Source: a virus
Taxonomy: Duplodnaviria > Caudoviricetes
Strand: one strand, 5' to 3'
Length of the DNA stretch: 64,000 nt
IMG/VR virus record: IMGVR_UViG_3300032007_000017
The notes under the pieces are model-generated. The model saw only the letters and a list, made by a program, of their open reading frames with translations, was not told the DNA's origin and searched no databases. Numbering within the stretch: the stretch's first letter is position 1; the number at the start of each line of letters is the position of its first letter. The position numbers and the translations under genes are program-made. Positions 60,632 to 64,000 of this stretch are shown here, in pieces.

Positions 60632-61246
60632 CTATCCTTTCAAATATTTTTCGACTCGTTTATCATATTCTATCCCATTTCCTTTACAATAGCTCTTCAT
60701 GAGGTCAATCAAATCTTCTTTTGTAGAATGATAGTCATGACCAATATGCTTAAATTCAGCCATAGAGGTTTTGGTTAGACCAAGCTCGTAAGATAACTCG
60801 ATCGTACCCTCTGGAATAAAATAGAATGCTTCTCCTTTATATTCCCCTTCGATATCATATGGGGTTCCATCAGTATCTACCCATACAACATGAGAGAATG
60901 GAGCAGCCCAGCATACTTCACCTCTCTCGAATGCATTACGAAGCATGTGGGCGAAATAATAACAATATCCTGCTCTAAACTTTTTTCTTATAACTTCCCA
61001 ATTATATTCAGGAAGTTTATCATATCCAGCAAAGTCACCAATGAACTTTAATACTTCATCGCGCATCTCATTTCGTTCCATTATCGAAAATTTCAATTTA
61101 ATGCCTTCTCCATATCCTAAAGATTCCAATAAGGTCGACATAAGGTTATCGGCTTCTTCATAAAAAATGCCTGGCGATTCATACATATCTTGAAGTGCAA
61201 GTATTTGGTTCTTAAATTCTTCTGGGGTCATAACTTTTTCGCTCAT
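60632..61246 (-). CDS. Hypothetical protein (GYCYYFA...HVVW, papain/transglutaminase-like?)
   Basis: Cys-His-Asp spacing; SD and early motif. Confidence 0.6.
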   Translation of the reverse strand: MSEKVMTPEEFKNQILALQDMYESPGIFYEEADNLMSTLLESLGYGEGIKLKFSIMERNEMRDEVLKFIGDFAGYDKLPEYNWEVIRKKFRAGYCYYFAHMLRNAFERGEVCWAAPFSHVVWVDTDGTPYDIEGEYKGEAFYFIPEGTIELSYELGLTKTSMAEFKHIGHDYHSTKEDLIDLMKSYCKGNGIEYDKRVEKYLKG

Positions 61247-61532
61247 AATTGGTTTCTCCTTTCGATTTAGTACTATAATAATAATATATATTTAAAATAA
61301 ATAAAGGTAGCGATGCTACCTTTATTTTGTAAGCTCATTCAATCTAGGACGAATATCATCCATCTCATCTTGAATTGCTTGTATTTCAGCATAACTAAGA
61401 GATGGATCTCTTAGTCTCTTTTCAAGCACATCTATTCGATTTTTATATTGATTGATTAGATTAATTTTAGCATACATACTAAGCTCCATATATTTATCCT
61501 CCTTTAGAGCACAGTATTAATGAGATGTAAAA

Positions 61533-61808
61533 TTAATCACTAATCTTATCATATGTCTTATAGAAGATATCGGGTTTGCATGGATAGAGTTCTCCATTCA
61601 CTCCCTGAATCACATAATCTTCATTCGAGATATAGTGATCTCCCTCAAGAGTTTTAATGGTATAATGACCATCATTAGATTTATAGACTGTTCCATTATC
61701 AATGGCGTCTTTAAACCATTGAGGTGCATTTTCAATACATTTATCTAAATGAGCATAGATAAACTGAAATGCTTCAATAGTAACAGGTTTCTTTATATAT
61801 CTAGCCAT
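61533..61808 (-). CDS. Conserved small phage protein
   Basis: KKPVTIEA, TLEG, GVNGELYPCKPDIF motifs. Confidence 0.75.
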   Translation of the reverse strand: MARYIKKPVTIEAFQFIYAHLDKCIENAPQWFKDAIDNGTVYKSNDGHYTIKTLEGDHYISNEDYVIQGVNGELYPCKPDIFYKTYDKISD

Positions 61809-61813
61809 TTCTA

Positions 61814-62137
61814 TTACATCTCCATAATTATAATCGATACAGAATATGTAATATACTCTATATCAGTACACATAAGAAAAAGTTTTGACTTATCGATACC
61901 AAAACAACAATATACTTCTTTGGAAATATTATCTTTATTATATAAAGATCTCCAAAATTCTATCTGTTTATCTTTTGTATCTATTACTTTTTCAATGACA
62001 TTAGTGCGGTTATTTCCATCATTAGTCAAAGTTGTGTTTGTATATTTTACTGAAATTCTATATTGTTTTAACTCATCGTATCCTACAACTGTTTTAAGAT
62101 CCAAAATATCTCCAAAATTCATTTTAGTTTTTATCAT
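61814..62137 (-). CDS. Hypothetical protein
   Basis: SD AGGAGG. Confidence 0.55.
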   Translation of the reverse strand: MIKTKMNFGDILDLKTVVGYDELKQYRISVKYTNTTLTNDGNNRTNVIEKVIDTKDKQIEFWRSLYNKDNISKEVYCCFGIDKSKLFLMCTDIEYITYSVSIIIMEM

Positions 62138-62235
62138 GAATAATAAAACCTCCTAGTATATAATTATTAAAATGTCGATTACATAATAAAAAATAATAGG
62201 TAGCCCGAAGGCTACCTATTATTCAACGAGAATTA

Positions 62236-63990
62236 TTAGTTCTCGAGCAGGTTAAAGTCATTCATCTGACCAACCTGGATCGGATCATCATTCGCAGGAA
62301 TGTTGGTCAGACCAGTCGGGTGCAGAATCTTGACACGGCCCTGGACAGGCTGATACTCAACGAACTTCCAGCGCTCGAAAGCGTGGACAGCAGGCAGAGC
62401 ATAGTTGTCGACATTGCGGATCTCATTGCTGACGTACATCTGATAATCGTAAATACGATAGATGATACGCTCGCTGTTCCGCGGGCACAGAACCAGGATG
62501 AAGTTCGTGGTACCACGAAGCTTATCAGAACCGATGAACTGATACACGCGCTTGTCGCTCGTGACGATCGTGCGGGTGTAGTCGAGCTCGACGGGGCCGA
62601 TGCTGTTCGGAGTCTGATACGTATACTCGGTCGGGGTGACCATACGAACTAGCTCAGGAGAACCGAAGACGGAAACCGTCATATTCGGATCATTCAGGAC
62701 CTGGAGCATAATCGTAACGACATGATCCAGATAATCCATGAACATTTCCTTGCGGTACTGAACCGGGCTGAAGGCATAACCGACGCGCTCAGGAGCAAAG
62801 TCAAAAGCGGTCTGAACCTTCTGGGAAGCCGGCATACGAACAAAGCTGTCGTCGAGGTGATGATGGATCTTGTCATCCTTGTAGTTACCCAGAACGGTCT
62901 TGATCATGGACATGATCTTGGCGAGCTGGTTGGTGTTATACAGGGCAGCAATATCCTTAACCTCATCGGGGGAGACAGGCGTATTGATGGGATTCGCAGA
63001 CGGAATCTCAACGACGGTGGTACGAGTATCCCACTTGACAGAGGGAGTGCGAACCATCGCGGTGGAAGTGTCGACACGGGCAGCAATCTTAACAGCAGTG
63101 ACAACTTTCTTATAGTCGACAATGCAGAACTTGTTCTTCTTAGTGTAACCACCAAGGACAGCGGTCTTCGTGATCATCTTATCCGGATTCGAAGGATCGC
63201 GGGACTGGATCTCGATACCAGCAGTCATCGTACGGTCATACTCACCGTAAGCAGGAACAAAGTCCTTATGAGTGGGCAGCCAGACCTCAACTTCGCCATC
63301 CTTAGTGGCTTCCTCACCCGTCTCAGGGTTGACATCGCCAGTCTTCAGATAGACCTTGGTCTTGACAGCAGAGATATGAGTATCGATATCGAGGTTGTCA
63401 CGAGAGTTAGCACCCATGAGAGCCAGAATATCAGTGGACTCATTCTCGGGGAGGGTGATCTCGACCTCGACGAACGGGGAGGTAGCCTCGATAGCATCGT
63501 AGAGCTTGTACTGCTCCTTGAACATATCGATCTCCTGTCCATCCGGCGTCACGAGATAACGCGTCTCCATGGTAATGGTGAACTTCGGCTCACGAGCAAC
63601 AACCTTAGGAATAGCACCCTTATCGAAGATGCAGTTCATCAGGATGTTCTTGTGAAGCGGGAAAGTCATACCGATCACAGGATTCATAGTGCCGATGTTC
63701 GCATATTCCAAAACAGCCTCACGGTCATTCAGGAACTGCTCATCAAGGGCTTCCTTCTGCTCCTGGATCAGTTCAGCAGCGTTTTTAGGATCAAGAGCCG
63801 CAATGGCGTCCTCATCAAGAGCCCCCTCAACGAAGAAGTTCTTAAGAGCATTGATGCTGGACTCATACATCATGGCCTTTGCCGGCTCGGAATACAGATC
63901 CACACCGGACTCGGTCATAATGTCACGAGCGCACTCGGCAAAGCTCTTAGCAAACTCGAAGATGGGGTCATTCTGATAGCCACGGCCCAT
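62236..63990 (-). CDS. Probable major capsid protein (5' end may lie beyond the window)
   Basis: At least 584 aa; strongest codon bias in the window; acidic N-terminal propeptide-like region; frame open to the window edge. Confidence 0.7.
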   Translation of the reverse strand: MGRGYQNDPIFEFAKSFAECARDIMTESGVDLYSEPAKAMMYESSINALKNFFVEGALDEDAIAALDPKNAAELIQEQKEALDEQFLNDREAVLEYANIGTMNPVIGMTFPLHKNILMNCIFDKGAIPKVVAREPKFTITMETRYLVTPDGQEIDMFKEQYKLYDAIEATSPFVEVEITLPENESTDILALMGANSRDNLDIDTHISAVKTKVYLKTGDVNPETGEEATKDGEVEVWLPTHKDFVPAYGEYDRTMTAGIEIQSRDPSNPDKMITKTAVLGGYTKKNKFCIVDYKKVVTAVKIAARVDTSTAMVRTPSVKWDTRTTVVEIPSANPINTPVSPDEVKDIAALYNTNQLAKIMSMIKTVLGNYKDDKIHHHLDDSFVRMPASQKVQTAFDFAPERVGYAFSPVQYRKEMFMDYLDHVVTIMLQVLNDPNMTVSVFGSPELVRMVTPTEYTYQTPNSIGPVELDYTRTIVTSDKRVYQFIGSDKLRGTTNFILVLCPRNSERIIYRIYDYQMYVSNEIRNVDNYALPAVHAFERWKFVEYQPVQGRVKILHPTGLTNIPANDDPIQVGQMNDFNLLEN

Positions 63991-64000
63991 GGTCGCCGTA

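Noticed and set aside
1-64000. Alternative genetic code
   Set aside because: Genes are full length and densely packed under code 11; only one local in-frame TGA anomaly (18566)
1-64000. tRNA/rRNA genes, integrase or invertase
   Set aside because: None recognised by eye; a tRNAscan/HMM run is needed to exclude them formally

Overview
This 64-kb window comes from an AT-rich jumbo bacteriophage, most likely related to AR9/PBS1. Supporting features are split multisubunit RNA polymerase beta' subunits, a GroEL-like chaperonin, a probable major capsid protein, and AAC(A/T)-N6-TA late and YAYATATTAT early promoter motifs. An SLH-domain wall hydrolase and NrdG point to an anaerobic Firmicute host (inference). 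The left end carries a diversity-generating retroelement (Asn-codon template repeat plus RT) whose target and avd gene are not in the window. The most unusual element is a two-gene cassette of glycine-rich, adhesin-like proteins (19877-22530, minus strand). Both ribosome-binding sites are locked in hairpins and lie downstream of poly-C tracts inside translationally coupled mini-ORFs, with a long-range anti-anti-SD complement. This looks like a recombinase-free, slippage-driven receptor switch. The window also holds an ~820-nt structured non-coding RNA candidate (30850-31672) and several late-promoter small RNA candidates with anti-RBS sequences. All functional calls come from reading motifs by eye; no database searches were run.
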